Source: the human T2T-CHM13v2.0 reference genome, Homo sapiens. Taken from it: DNA of 64,000 bases. The translations under genes and the position numbers were made by a program. The DNA lies in the NCBI RefSeq assembly GCF_009914755.1, contig NC_060925.1. One strand, 5' to 3'. Below the pieces are notes generated by a model. That model searched no databases. It was given only the letters and a program-made list of their open reading frames with translations, and was not told where the DNA came from. Shown here one piece after another: positions 43,889-57,799 of this stretch. The first letter of the stretch is position 1; the number at the start of each line of letters is the position of its first letter.

Positions 43889-46408
43889 CAAATGTGCTTT
43901 AGCTTCCACATCATTAGCTTACACATTATTAGCTGGACCAAGGGGATGTTTATGGCTGTTTCCCCTCTGAGGCTGGGCGGTGTTCTCTCCTGTTATGTCC
44001 TGACTGTGGGGGTAGGGGGTCCAGCCTCTGCACAGGTGTCCCAGGACATCACCAACAATAGCAGATTAAGGCAGATACAGGTAAACAACCTGGAGTATCT
44101 TGGCTTCATTGTATAATTAAGGCGCCTCTGGAAGGAAATATGTGTACAGCTAGCTTCCCAAAGTCTAAAAGTGGTAGTCAGAGTTCTTAATTTCTATGCT
44201 AAATCCTCATGAGCACTACCTGGTAGGCCTGAAGCTGGTGCCAAAACCACAGGGACCAGGTCCCCTTGCTTGGGAAAGGGAACAACTATCTTCACTTCTT
44301 CCTGATTCTTTATTATCTACAGAACTTGGGCAAAGTTCACAGGGGAGTAACTTTCAGCAGGGAAAGAACCATAGATCTTGGCAGGAAGACTTGGGGCAAA
44401 GCCCCTGAGGAAAGGAATTGACTTGTGAACTCCAAGAACAGCCATGCCAAGTAATAGATGAAAGTCACTCACAGTGTTAAATATTAATTTGTTACCCCAA
44501 AGGCTTCAGAAAAGTCTTGTTGAAATTCAGAAAATTCAGAATTACAGTATTCAAGATTTAATTTCACCAAATAAAAGGTTTGAGGGGATACTGCTGTGTG
44601 AGCCAAGGTTATAATTTAAATATTAACCCGAATAATTTGCACTCTATTTTGATTGCATCCTCTACCTTTTCATAATCCTAAGAAAAGATCATCGTTGTAT
44701 TGCAATATCAAGAATATTCTCAGTTACCATATGCTTGTAAACTAGTGGTGGAAGCTGTCCTTGGAAAGTAGAAATCACCCACTCATTCCCCTTAATTTTG
44801 TAGTCAAACGTTTAGTTCAGAGCAGCTCATACACTGATGGTTTTGCAAATCCCATGAGCAGCGTACACATAGCCTAATTTTTTTTTTCTCCAGTGACTTG
44901 TTTTATAATTTGGTAATGCTGCCATTGTATGAGTGGATTTGTCATTTGTAATAAAATTGCTGACCACCTGCAAGATAAATATTGAAGTATCATGGAAAAA
45001 CACATTTCAGGAGAAACAAAGGCATAATAATTAGAACCACTTATTTTTTCTTACTATGGCATCTTTTAAAATTTTTTTCTAACTACCCCATTACTATAAA
45101 TTCTGGCTTTCTAAGCTTCAGGGATTACTTTTAAAGGTGAATTTCATATAAGTAGATGTAGCATGCTCTTTCAAAACAGTAATTTAAGTCCATTCTGAAA
45201 TTTTTATTCTTACATCTTAGTTCTTTTAATTTGGAAATATATCAGTTATTTCTAAATGGAGTTTACTTTAAGCAAATACTCCTGGGAAATCTGAACCAGT
45301 TGTGAAATTTGGATTTTTAAATAAAAATTCAAGTGAGAAGTAAACAATTTGCTTGAGATTTGACATGGCCAATAAACCAGAAATGCCTCCCAGTATGACC
45401 TGAAATATTTCACAACTTTGGTGAACTGAGTGTAACCTTTTAATAATGATTTTGACATAAAGAGTTAGGCCCAATTTATTAACTAGTTGGGACATCTAAT
45501 CAATCCAGCTACAGAACTGTCAGAGTTAAGTGACATAAATACAAAATGAATTTTTAGCTATCCAATCCAGTGGCCCATCATGTTTTTCAGGGTAAAAGTC
45601 ATTGACTTCACTATAGGAAAACCAGATCATGAGAGAACAACATGAAGACCCTATCTGAGAACCCTGGAGGGTCAGCCGAAGTTGCATTCATAGCCAATTC
45701 TACCATTTACAAGCACCTGAGGAGGCTATTCAACTTCCTCAAATCTCAGATAGATTATTCACAAGGTTGTTGAGTTTAAGATATTTTTACTGTTGAAAGT
45801 GAGCAATGCTTATGCTGTGTTCATCATATTAATTACATAATATTCTGCTGATAAAACTCAAATTTGAGCACTGATTCCAAAGATGTTTGTTCATCCTCAA
45901 AGCCATTGAAAAACATCTAGAGATTCTATTATCCTACAAGATATATAAGTAGTGCCATGAGATGGATGTGTGACAAAACAGAAGATGAGGAGGAATAAAA
46001 GGAGAAGGAGGATAGCAGGAGGGTGAGGGGAGCTTCAGGATGAGCTAGTTTCTCGGAAAAAAAGGTAGATTTAGAGAGTGACTAAAAATAATTAAATAAA
46101 GAATATTGAAAGAATTGGAAAACCTTACGAAGTTAAAGGATTACTTTAACGTTTTTTAGGTGGTTACTCTTTGTTATTATTCATCAAGCAATCATTCGCA
46201 TTTTGTGTATTTCTCTTTCACCAACAAAAATTTGATTGTGCCCTTTCAGGATGACAGAGGAGTTTATAACACTGTCCTTCCAAAAGTGGTCAGTCACTCT
46301 AAGCTTTGAAGTTAACACAACCTACGCTGGTTGATCTCTTAAGAAACACCACATACCATTTTTTCCCAAGGTTTCCATTTGGAAAATAGTTATTAGTACC
46401 ATGGTGAA

Positions 46409-46623
46409 CAGGAGTTAGAAGATGTTTTCTGTAAAAGGGCAATTAGTAAATTGTTAAGATTTCTGAAACTTTGTTGGAATTACTTAATTCTGTCATTGTA
46501 GTGCAATAGCAACCACAGATCATGTATAAATGAATGGAAATAACTGTGTTCCAATAAAACTTTATCTACATAAACAGGTTGCAGGCTGGATTTGGCTTTT
46601 GGGTCATAATTAACCAGCCCCTG
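46409..46623 (-). mobile_element. MER58A
   Basis: caggagttag...ttttctgtaaaagggc...ctgtgttccaataaaactttat...ggctggatttggc...gcccctg. Confidence 0.85.
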
Positions 46624-47619
46624 ATCTACAGAACCAGGAACTTTGTATTTTTCCTTCACATCAGCTTCCTTCCTGAAAGATAGGACTTCCCAAGGGTGGC
46701 AGAGGAGGGTATTAAAACAAATGCCATGCACAGAGCAGGAGAGAGAGATTATGGCAGGACAAAGGGTACATAGCATCATTTATATCACCTATACTCTTTG
46801 TCCAGAAGAAAATACCCTGATGATAAGATATACAGAAAAATATAGTAGCTGTGAAAATAGCTTGAGCCCAACCATTATGCAGGAATAAAAAAAAGAGTAC
46901 ATCTTAAAATAATTAATAATGGGAGAGCAAAAACTGAAAGCCAGGATCAACTTAAAATAATATTCAAGAGGCATAAATAACTATTTTGCTTCTGGATAAA
47001 ATTGTTGGTTGGATGCTTGGGGAGCAGGCTTTTAACTATCTGTGTGTGTGAAAAGACAGCAGAAACTTGATCTTGCTACTCAGACTTCTTAGGATATGGA
47101 GTTACAGACCTATGAAAATTCTAGTAACATAAATGTTGCTGTATGTGTACCAAATATTAGTCATCTTTGGTCATTCACTTACTCAGTTGGTAATGGTTTG
47201 TTCTTAGTCATTATAAAAATGAAAATCCATGAGCTTGCACATCCCTCCTTCCCACAAGAACCCATGACGGAGCATGCAATTGTTCATCATTCACGAAGCA
47301 GGAAAACCCCTGACCATACTTTGAGAAACAGCAGTCTAAATTTTTCCCACCTTGATGTTTTTGCTCACAGAGTTCATTTTGCCTAGAACACCCCTCTCTA
47401 CTCACTCATCCTCTCTTCACGCCTTACTTCTAGCAGCCACATGTACAACACATCATTACTCAGGGCTGAGGAAAACCTTTCTTCTTCATACAGTGTTCTT
47501 GGACTTTCTGGCTTTCTGCTCTTACCAACTGGAAGTAATCTACTGGCCGATATCTCCACCCAAAATGTCCATAGACATTTTGGTCTTCAGCCCATCATGT
47601 CCCAGTGTTAGTGACATTC

Positions 47620-47765
47620 AACTCTGTGTTACGGTTATGTGTCTGTGCTTTCCTAATAAGCTCCTTGAAGAGGGTGAATGTGTTTCGTTTTGCTATGGTG
47701 ATTCACTGGGCTTTGAGCAGTAGATTGAACACAGGCAAATACCAAGTACATAAATGAATTTTTGA
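47620..47765 (+). mobile_element. L2 3' end fragment
   Basis: ttatgtgtctg...taagctccttgaagagggtgaatgtgt. Confidence 0.5.
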
Positions 47766-47909
47766 GTGAGATATATAAAACCCTAATAACCTATTACATC
47801 CAGGTTCTATGTCATTTTCCAAACACTAAGACTGAATTCTAATTGTCCAATGAGACAACTTCATTGCATTGTATATTTACTTGTTTACTAGGTATACATT
47901 AATGATAGT

Positions 47910-48075
47910 CACTTTTATACAATTATATGGAGTTTATGGAGAGATTATTTGAATATTCTTTAATTAGAACCTCACAATAACCCTGAAAGGATATCAAAGC
48001 ATGTTACAAATGAAAATCTGAAGCTCAGAGAGTTTTAGCAGCATCACTCAGACACTATACTTAGTAAGTGGTAGA
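47910..48075 (-). mobile_element. MIR
   Basis: cctcacaataaccctg...ttacaaatgaaaatctgaagctcagagag...tagtaagtggtaga. Confidence 0.65.
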
Positions 48076-48224
48076 AAATAAATGTGAGGTGTTATGGAAA
48101 ATAGAAATATTTTCCGTCTTTTTCTCTCTCCCTTCTGGATCCTTAGAGGTTTTATAAAGGTTTAAAGTAGAAGACAAATAAATCTCATCCAAGGCAATCT
48201 CTTGTAAAGTATATACCATTCTTT

Positions 48225-48337
48225 ATTATGTACTATATTATAAATGCAGTGTATAGTATATATCACTATACACTATAGTATATAATTTACTGTATATGAT
48301 ATATATTATAATATACTATATTATAAAATATACTATT
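48225..48337. repeat. AT-rich low-complexity tract with a 10-bp hairpin
   Basis: agtgtatagt-atatatc-actatacact; tactatattataaa occurs twice. Confidence 0.75.
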
Positions 48338-49164
48338 AGGCACATTTATACAGAAAATAATTAAGATCACTGTATATTGAACTAGATTTACTAGAAAAAA
48401 TTGCATAGAGAAAAAAGTTCATTTCTGAAAATTTGTGAGGGAAGGTAGACTTACGTAAAAGAATTTCAATCCAGTTAATTCTGGCTTAAAGACTCATCTA
48501 ATTAAATAAAACTATAAACTTAGCATTGACACTCTAGGTTAATCAGGACATCATTCTAGGAGAAAGTCAAATATATTAGGCTCTGATATGACACTTTCTA
48601 AAATCAAATTTCAAATGGCTTAAAGTAATCTAAATTTGGTCAAGAAAGTAGTCATTCAATATCTGAGACTCCTTGTGAGCTCAAGTTGGAGGACTGAAAA
48701 CCACATCACATTAGCTATGTAGCTGCCAGATCAATTGTTCACAATCATAACTGGGTATATTTTGTGCCCTGGACCATTTCAGATGGATGGAACCGGGCAT
48801 GGAACAACAACGAGATTGTCAGAGGATAGTGAAGAATCAGAGGAGGACATCTTCCCTCATTTCTCCATCCAGAAATAACACATGTCCTGATGACATCCTC
48901 ATACCAACATCATCATCCCTCCATTCATTGCAGCAGAGGCCACCACACTGCTTCTCCATCTCATCACGGCCCTTTCTTCCTGCTTTGTCCAGCAGGACCA
49001 CCTCTCCCCTTAGTTGGGACTGACATTTAGGGAGAAAGATAACTAAAGGCAGTAGGTTTTAGGATATGACTTGGACACATTCGAGATTTGCTTTTTACCC
49101 CTATGGCAAAGTTACTTTGACCTCTCTATCCCTGTTTTTTCTTATATATAAGAGAAGAATAAAA

Positions 49165-49735
49165 ATATAGCTAACATGTATTGAGGACTTGTTGTGGGTA
49201 TTCTTATAAGCACTCAAAATATATTAACTAACTTAATCCGTACAGTAATTGTTACTATTTGTCTTAACCGTTCAAACTACAATAACAAAATGTCATAGAC
49301 TGGGTAGTTTATCAACAATATAAATTTATTTCTCATTGTTCTGATGGCTGGGAAGTCCAAAACAAAGGCACTGATAGACTCTAGTGAGGGCTTGTTTCCT
49401 GGTTCATAAAGGGCATTTTCTCACTGTGTTCACAGGGTGCAAGGGGCAAGGGGCTCCTTTCAGGCCTCCCATTTATAAGGAGTCCACTTTCATGACTTAA
49501 TCACCTCTCAAGGCTCTACCTCTAATAACATCACCTTGGGAATGAGGATTTCAACATATGAATTTGGGGGAGACATAAACACTCGGACCATAGCACCATT
49601 AGTATCCCATGTTACAGATGAGGCACAGGCTTAGTGATTTGCCCAAGTTCACAGCTAATTAGTGGCAGAGCTTTGATTCAAAATATAAGCAGTAAGGTGC
49701 CAGATCCTGATTCTTCACTTCTATCCTCTACTGGC
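49165..49735 (-). mobile_element. MIR split by MLT1A
   Basis: atagctaacatgtattgag...ttaatcc | atcccatgttacagatgaggcacagg...ttgcccaagttcacagctaattagtggcagagc. Confidence 0.75.
49260..49595 (-). mobile_element. MLT1A MaLR LTR
   Basis: tgtcttaaccgttc...ggctgggaagtccaa...ttcctggttcata...ggatttcaacatatgaatttggggg...accatagca; TSD ctatt/ccatt. Confidence 0.9.
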
Positions 49736-49799
49736 TCTAACTATAAAGTTAACATAGTTTAAAATCATATATTTTTCTGTGTGATTGTTAGTGTAACAT

Positions 49800-49990
49800 C
49801 CAGCTCCCTTGATAGACTTAAGCCACTGAAATTTGTTAATCCTCAATTGCCTCACTTGTAGAACAGGGACAATAATAGTAGCATCAACCTCACTGAGTTG
49901 TTTTCAAGCTTCAAGGAGAAATTACATGTAAAGAATTTAGTATAGGACCTGGCCATAGGGAATGCTGCATTCAAAGTGGCTCATGAAATT
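49800..49990 (+). mobile_element. MIR
   Basis: cctcaattgcctcacttgtagaacagggacaataatagta...catgtaaagaatttagtataggacctggc. Confidence 0.7.
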
Positions 49991-50880
49991 TGTACTTTTA
50001 GTGATCAAATGCATTTATTATCCTATAGTTAATTCTGCTACCATTCTGGTCATACCATACAAAGATACCATATTCTATCTAAGTATGTCATTACGCTTGA
50101 GCTATATGGTGGATTGCCTAAATTCAGGTAGCCTACAAAGAGAAAAAAAAAGTTTTTAACTCAGACAAGTAATATGTTTACCATTTCAGGAAAGTTCTGT
50201 AGCTCTTGAGATCTGCTTCCATTGTTGAAGAGTTTTTCTCCTCGCTGTTGTTCTAAAGAACCAACTAAAAATTGTTTTCCTAGTTATGTGCAGGTGTAAG
50301 ATCCACACGGTAGAGACTTCACAAGAAGCTTTCAGGGCTCAGCATGGGAAAATGAACTTAACATAACTGACAACTGAGTCTTATAAATGAGTGTGTATAC
50401 GTTTGGTTTGGGCCATGGGTAATTTGGGCTTGTTTGCAGAGAAGCTGAGACAAAAGGTGAAACCTAAGATGACCATTCATATACATCTAAGCTTCTGACA
50501 AAACTACCTGGTGAATCTGTCCTAAAGGAAAATTAGAAAAGGATTCTGCCATCTAACAGTTTATGTCATTAGTGGTTTTTTTAATGTTCTTCTCACTTTG
50601 TCCTCTCAGTGTTATTGGCTTTCAATTCTGTTCCTCAGAAATGTACTATTTACATTAGAGAAGTTTCATAGGAAAAAAAATTGTATGACTGAGATTTTGC
50701 TTCTGTGGTAGGTGTTTTTAAAGTACTAGCTGTTGCCATGTCACAGTGGTGGCAGCAGCAGGATTATTGATATTAGAGGCAGTAAGGGCCAACATTTATT
50801 AGCTGAAGCATGTTTCTAAGACTCCAACATATTTTATATCTCACATAATTACCACAGCAACCCATCAGGTAGGTACTTTT

Positions 50881-51246
<366 letters not shown>

Positions 51247-53654
51247 TAGGAAGGAACAAAACTGTGAATCAGATCACTTCATTCTACTACCTCCTAGCCC
51301 CATATTATAATAATATGCTTCATATTTAAAAATAAGTATCAGCTTTATGCAAATAAGTGTTAAGCATCTGCAAATTTTAAGATTTCCCATGTGGTCCTAT
51401 GGACTTTCTAGACATTCTTTGTCCTATTAGTAAAAAATCTTCATCAATGTGGCCAAAACTGCCTTCAACATGTTATGTATCAAATTTTGCATCCATTTAT
51501 TAAAGTGTAAAAATGTGGAACTCAAATGAAAAAGACTTTCTTACCTTATATATGTCAGGTTCAGTCATATTTGAAACATGGAAAACATGAATAGGTCTAG
51601 AGAGAACATAAATATGAATTTATGGGTTACTCCTTTTGAAAATATCAGGTTGCTTTGTGTGTGAGCTTTTGAATTTTATATGCACACACTTTATAGAAAT
51701 GTATATTGTATATGCAGTCATCCTGTGTGTGCAAATTGAACATTGCTTTCTTAAATGTAAAATGTACTATCTTCACTGAGGCTGCTTTGCAATTTAAAAA
51801 TATGAAAGTTAGAAGTTGCCTGGCCTTTGCTTCACCTCCAACCTCTCTACAAAAGTATGACAGTGACTCTGATTGTCATTGTGAAACTGCCAGTGTTAGA
51901 GAGGCATGGTTGGAGGAGGACCTCATCAACCTCCAAGCTCTGCTTCATTCTTTTCCATGATTGTTTCTCCTCTGAGATGAGAAACAGCATTACAAGAGTC
52001 TCTTGTGTTCATGAGATCAGAAATTTCTGAGAGTTTTGTTTTCCATTTAAATTGTAGTTTAAATTTGTAGGGAAACCAGAAATGGCCAAGTTTTCCATTT
52101 AAGAGATCCCAGCAAAGTTTGTGACCCAGGGCAATCTCTAAACACAAACTCCCAAATTAGTTTTTCTTGTAACTTTGGCCTTTAGGCAGGTACCAACTAT
52201 AAAAAGCAGTGACCATGATGGGTCTGCCTGGGAACATGCTTTCAAAGATTTCCAGGCCTTCATCTTGCCATGACTGTTGGAAGACTTTTGGCTTCACTCT
52301 GAAAGCCATAAAACCATAAAGCAGATCTGAGAAAAACCCACAGCTGCATACATCTGATGACAGTCAAACTGATTTTCCAAAGATAAGGAGTTCAGCAAAA
52401 CCCAAACTCCATGATGGCAACAATGCTGGACCTTTACTCCCCCAAGCAGTGGGTATTCAGTGGAAGATTTAATCCATGTGTTCCTGATCTACTTACAGTT
52501 ATCTCATCAAAATGCCATTTGCATAAGTGTTTCCAAAGTTTCATGAGCTTTTATTTCTCAGTCTCTCACACAGATTCTAGTGGAACTCGAGTTTTGCCAG
52601 GGAAACATGACTCCCAAAGTCTAATTTATTTTCAAAACCGAAAGTTTGTAAATGTTAAGTAGCTACTTTAAGTAACACTTATAACAGTCTTTATTCTCAG
52701 CAACAGCGTAGCTCATCAGTTAAAGTGTTGTAGAAAAGTGCCCTTTCATCACCACCAGAATTAATGAGACTGGTCCTTTGCCAGTCCTTCTACTTCCTGT
52801 ATTTTTTTCAGTGCAATCTACAAAACCCAGCCCCTGACCTTAAAGAGCTTACAATTTAATAAGGACATTGGAAATGGGCACAAATAACTACAATATGTGG
52901 CACACAGGATCTGACAGCAGCTTACAATCCTGTAGTGGCTCTCTCTTATATCGAATTAGAATTCAACAGCTTAATATTCAAACAATCATCATCCCCCTTC
53001 CACACACAAGTAATTTTTTTCAAACACATTTTTCAAACAGCATGTGCCTTTTTTCTTTCTCTCCACCTGGCATGTCATTCCTTTTCTCTTGGCAGTACGT
53101 TTTCATTTCTCTCCCAAAATTCTGCCCATACTTTTATCATAGCCTTCCTTCTTATGCATGGATCCTTAGCTGGGTACAGACTATTATAGCAGGGTGACTG
53201 TGTAAAAATTGTGTGTGCATCTGTGTGTGTGTGGTGTGTGCATGCACGTGTGTGCGTATGTTTTCATACTCAGAAATATGGCCTTATCTAGACCAGATTT
53301 GCTGAGAATTGTGCCTACCTTACCTTTGTGAGAGCGTATTTCTTGTGTTGCTTAGTGGGACTCTTCCAGATTGTCCATCAAACTTTTCATTTTGTGTCAC
53401 CAAACTCTTTGGTAAGAGAATGAAGTAAAACAGGCTTTTCAGAGCTGGAAATACCTAAAGAAGGAGAGAGCAGGAAACTCGAGGAGGAATAGGAGGCAGT
53501 ATGTAGCCAGCTCGTAATTCGGATCTCATCCACTAATTATGGCATATGTGAGAATATATGAGTCATCTCTGTTCTTGAGCATCAAGACTGCATATACCTC
53601 TCCTTGGACCATCACTTCATGATATCACCCAGTGACAGTCGGGGTGAGAATTCC

Positions 53655-53968
53655 AGCAGGGCGCAGTGGCTCATGCCTGTAGTCCCAGCTCTTTGGGAGG
53701 CAGAGGCAGGAGGATTCCTAGAGGACAGGAGTTCAAGACCAGCTTGGGCAACTAAGTAAGACCCTGTCTCTACAAAAAATTTAAAAATTAGCCACCCATG
53801 GTGGCACACACCTGTGGTTCCACCACTTGGGGGGCTGAGGCGAGAGGAGTGTTTGAACCCAGGAGGTTGAGGATGTGGTGAGCTATGATGGCACCACTGC
53901 AGTCCAGCCTGGGTGGCAGAGTGAGACCCTGTCTCAAAAAAATAAAAAAATAAATAAATAAGAAAGAA
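53655..53968 (+). mobile_element. AluJ
   Basis: gggcgcagtggctcatgcctgt...gggcaac...gagctatgatggcaccactgc...; A-rich tail. Confidence 0.92.
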
Positions 53969-54290
53969 ATTCCCAGGCCTATTTTCCCATTGCCCTGGGG
54001 AGCCATTTTGTATCCCAAGCTGAAGCCAATTTAATCTGAATTCATTAGACCATTCAATAAATATGTATTGTGTGATATTATGAGTTAAAACTGTAACAAA
54101 TTTAATGGGAAATTCAGTTGTACATGAAGTATGATCCCTGCCCTCAAGAAGCTTACAGTTATCTTGCACTTGGAAGCACAGATCCTTAGAAATAGAAAGA
54201 ACCCCAAAAGTCCAGGTGTCTCATTATTTAAATGAGATAACTGAGATCTAGAGAGTAAATGTGATTATCTTTAGTCAGTGCTCTTGTCTA

Positions 54291-54588
54291 GGTCAGACAC
54301 AGTGGCTCACACCTGTAATCAGAGCACTTCGGGAGGCCCAGGCAGGCAGATCGCTTGAACACAGGAGTATGAGACTAGCCTGGGCAACATGGTAAAACCT
54401 CATCTTTACCAAGACTAGAAAAATTAGCTGGATGTGATGGTGTGTGCCTGTAGTCTTAGCTACTCCAGAGGCTGAGGTGGGAGGATTGCCTTAAGCCCAG
54501 GATGTCAAGGCTACAGAGAGTTGTGATCTTGCACTCCAACCTGGGTGATAGACAAGATCCTAGCTCAAAAAAAAAAAAAAAAAAAAAA
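54291..54588 (+). mobile_element. AluJ (Jb-like)
   Basis: gatcgcttgaac...ctgggcaacatgg...gtcaaggct; poly-A; TSD gctcttgtcta/gctcttttcta. Confidence 0.92.
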
Positions 54589-54689
54589 GCTCTTTTCTAT
54601 AACCCAGGTTCCAGATTCAATTCTGTGTTTTTTCCATTATGTGATGCTTTGAGAGGTTACTTCGTTTTGTAGTTATTTTTCTTTTTCCC

Positions 54690-54846
54690 TCCCTAGCTAA
54701 ATTATAGGTCTCTTTAAAGGCAGGAAGTAATGTCTGATATTTCTTTCCCATTCAGGCCACCCAAGTATGTTATGCATAATTAGACAGACTTAAGTATTCA
54801 GTAAATGTTTGTGGGATGAGCAAGTAAGTAAAGTAATGAATGAATA
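54690..54846 (+). mobile_element. L2 3' end
   Basis: ctttaaaggcaggaagtaatgtctg...gtattcagtaaatgtttg...aatgaatgaat. Confidence 0.6.
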
Positions 54847-54974
54847 GGTAGTGCGAACACAAATCACTAAATGGGAGAGAAAGCCTGGAAAACACTCATT
54901 CTTTCTTATTCCATGTCTCTGTAGTGATTGCCCTTGGTTTGTGGCTTAGCAGCTGTCAGTGTGAAAAACACTTA

Positions 54975-55770
54975 GAGGCTTAGTTGACTCAACACAACTC
55001 CAAATGCTAATGTAAACTTAGGTCTCCTTAAAGGAGGTATACTGTCCAAGGTAGGGACATCATAGTTCCACTCTGAACTCTTCAAATGGTCTATATCTAG
55101 GTGTAGTTTTTTAATTTAATTTTTATTAATTTATTGGTAGAGATGGGGTCTCACTATATTGCCCAGGCTGGTCTCAAACTCCTGGCCTCAAATGATCCTC
55201 CTGCCTTGGCCTCCCGAAGTGTGGGGATTACAGACATGACCCACCCATGCTCAGAACCTCGGAAGAGTTTTTAAGGGGGCTTTTGACAATAGTTAATCTC
55301 ATACAATTGTCTTTAAGAGATACTTAAAGACACTAAACATGCCTTATTTAATTTTGTGTACTTCACCTAACAAAATACTTTTCGCAAAACTATAATGTGC
55401 CTAAAGGAGAAAGACTGCAATGGAGAATGGTTCAAATCCACACAGTATGAAGGATGGTTAAGAAGCCAGCTGGGTGTGTGGGGAAGGGCTTTGAATATCC
55501 AAAGAACTATCATATGGGAAAGGAGTTGGATTTATTCTACATGTTTTCAGAGGATACGAACTCCTGTCCTCTAGGAATCCTCCTGCCTCTGCCTCCCAAA
55601 TACTTGTGAATGCTACCTGGACACCGATTTGGATGAATACAAAGTACATTTTTTGCAATTAGAGAGTTACTTGAAAACAAAAGTGGCTGTCTGCTGAGGT
55701 GGAGCATGCCCTGCTGCTGACAATGTTGAAGCAGGGTCTGGACAACCCCTTGTTGAGGGCATTTGGTGGC
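54975..55770 (+). mobile_element. L3/CR1 LINE fragment carrying several insertions
   Basis: aatgctaatgtaaacttagg...gtatactgtcca...atagttccactct; ttttaaggggg...tgacaa; gaatatcc...catatgggaaagg...; tgttgaagcagggtctggacaacc. Confidence 0.7.
55107..55255 (-). mobile_element. FLAM_C / Alu left monomer
   Basis: gtagagatggggtctcactatattgcccaggctggtctcaaactcctggcctca; single monomer. Confidence 0.85.
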
Positions 55771-56069
55771 CAGATCTTCTTTTCAGTGTCTTCAGACCTT
55801 GGGCTCTGATGAAGGTGACGGTGTGGCTCTGCCACTGACATGGCACAGTGCCTGGCCTGTGCAGCTTATTTCTGCTTCTTCCGTGGTCCTTACCTTTATT
55901 GACAATTTCTTAGCAATCCATAACTGTCCATGGAAACTAAACTTCAGAAGATTATTGAAGCATTTCTCCTTTCTTGCTTGTTCTGGAAAATTACTCTCAC
56001 TAAACAGTGTGTGTTATTATATACATCCTCTGCTACCCTAACCCAACCCTAGTGTTGTTTAAAGGCAAT

Positions 56070-56312
56070 GAGACAACATCATATAGTGATCAATATGGTC
56101 AACAGAGCTCAAATCCTTGCTCCAGCAGTTGCCAAGTTGGGCGATTTTCCTAATCTCGCTACCCTCCTTTTCCCAAACTATACAATAGGGTCAATGATAT
56201 TATCGATCTCAGCAATACGATTGAGGATTAAATGGCATAATGCATGTAGAGTGTTTAAGTACAGTGCCTGAAATACAGTAGATGCTCATTGATAGCAACT
56301 ATATTTCATTGT
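56070..56312 (+). mobile_element. MIR
   Basis: tcaaatccttgctcc...ttgaggattaaatggcataatgcatgtagagtgtttaagtacagtgcctg...tagatgctca. Confidence 0.75.
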
Positions 56313-57544
56313 TAATAAAAGAGACAAATTTCTTTCAGCTGCTTTGATTTAAGAAGACAATACCATTTCCAGACATCTCTTTCCTGGGGCTAACTATATT
56401 AGTATTCTGCCCTGATGGGAAGGAAGAAACTTCATGGGCAGTAAATAGCCAATTTAGAAGCAGGAGAAATATGAGGTAAGCTGAAATGTTACCCCCTGCT
56501 GGCTTTTTGAAATGCAGATTCATCAATTTCTTTGATGTCCCTAGCCACTTCCAATGAACATCTTTCAGCATATTATTTGCTTTCTTAACCACATCACTTT
56601 TCACTGAGTTCAACATTCCTGGAGGATTCAAAGGATCTTGGTACATTCCTCCAAAATGAATTCAGAAGGTAAGTGGAAAGAGATGGGAAAACATCTTTGA
56701 ATAGGATCCAGGTTCAGACTAGGGGTGGGAGGAAGTCTGGGGTGGGTGGGTAACAGTGACTCAAAAGGTAACAGTGAATTCAGCTTCAGGATTTCCGTGT
56801 GCCAGTCTACTCTGCCAGTGGCCTGATGACTAACCGCAGCCAAGCAACCCATTCATCTCCTTTGCCTAAATAAGTGGACACGATGGCATTCAGCCTCCTG
56901 AAGGGGAAATGGAAGGACCACACAGGGAATCAGAGGGTCTCCTTGGGAAAGCAGGAATTAAAGGGGTCATCACTTTCAGCCTTCCCTTAATCTGTTGTTT
57001 TAGGGAGTCCACGTTCATAGTAGAATATTTTCCCTTTTAAAGTTAAGCACTTAGAATAATGCATTTTCAAATGATTAATCAAATCCCAGTGAGAAGCAGG
57101 CTCACTATGCACTGGTTACTTCAGCCCACTGCATCTTGGGCTGCACTTTGACTACTTGCTCCGGTAAGAGAGAATACTCACACATACAACAGGTTCCATG
57201 AAATGGTGGCAAGGAACAGCAGACACCTTGGATTCATGGTGAGCTGGTTTCTCAAGGCTCAGGAAAGCTGCCCAGGGCAGGTGGAGTCTCATCTGCGTGT
57301 GCCTCACTTGCACCCCAGATGCAGGACCCTGGAAAGTAGCCGTCTCTGGGTTTTCTACTCCAGGGATAACATGACCTGCTGGATTAATGTGCTGAAGGAC
57401 ATCCTGTTTCTAGCGGGGACTGGAACAGAGCCTAGGCCTTATCTCGGGATGTTGCATTCCCAGCACATTCTAGTTATTCTTAAAACTACAAGTGAGAAAG
57501 CGGGAGGACTGGTTTGGTCCAAGGCCACCTAGGGAACTGTCCTG

Positions 57545-57740
57545 CACCAGATGCAAAATATCACTCATCAGAGGTCCTCTTAATACCCATCTCTAATCCT
57601 GGGCTGGCAACATTGAAGTATACATCTTTGTTCAGGAGTCTGTCTTCTTACTAAACTGTACACTCCTTACAGACAGAAACTGGCTTTTATTTATTTTGTA
57701 TCCCAAGCAGGGTAGAAATGTACATCAGATATTACACGTT
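57545..57740 (+). mobile_element. L2 3' fragment
   Basis: aaatatcactcatcagaggtcct...gtctgtcttcttactaaactgtacactcctt...ttgtatccc. Confidence 0.55.
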
Positions 57741-57799
57741 GGCATATTTAACTACATTAAATCCTTCTTCCAGAAAATCATACTGTGTGCTGGAGACCA

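Noticed and set aside
48783-48878. AG followed by a short acidic ORF (MDGTGHGTTTRLSEDSEESEEDIFPHFSIQK)
   Set aside because: Weak pyrimidine tract, stop after 31 codons, no recognisable homology.
53612-54169. 185-aa ORF and other Alu-containing ORFs (6146, 25265, 59786)
   Set aside because: Typical antisense-Alu translations with no exon or codon evidence.
56335-56646. 103-aa minus-strand ORF
   Set aside because: No recognisable domain; length is compatible with chance and part may be decayed L3 sequence.
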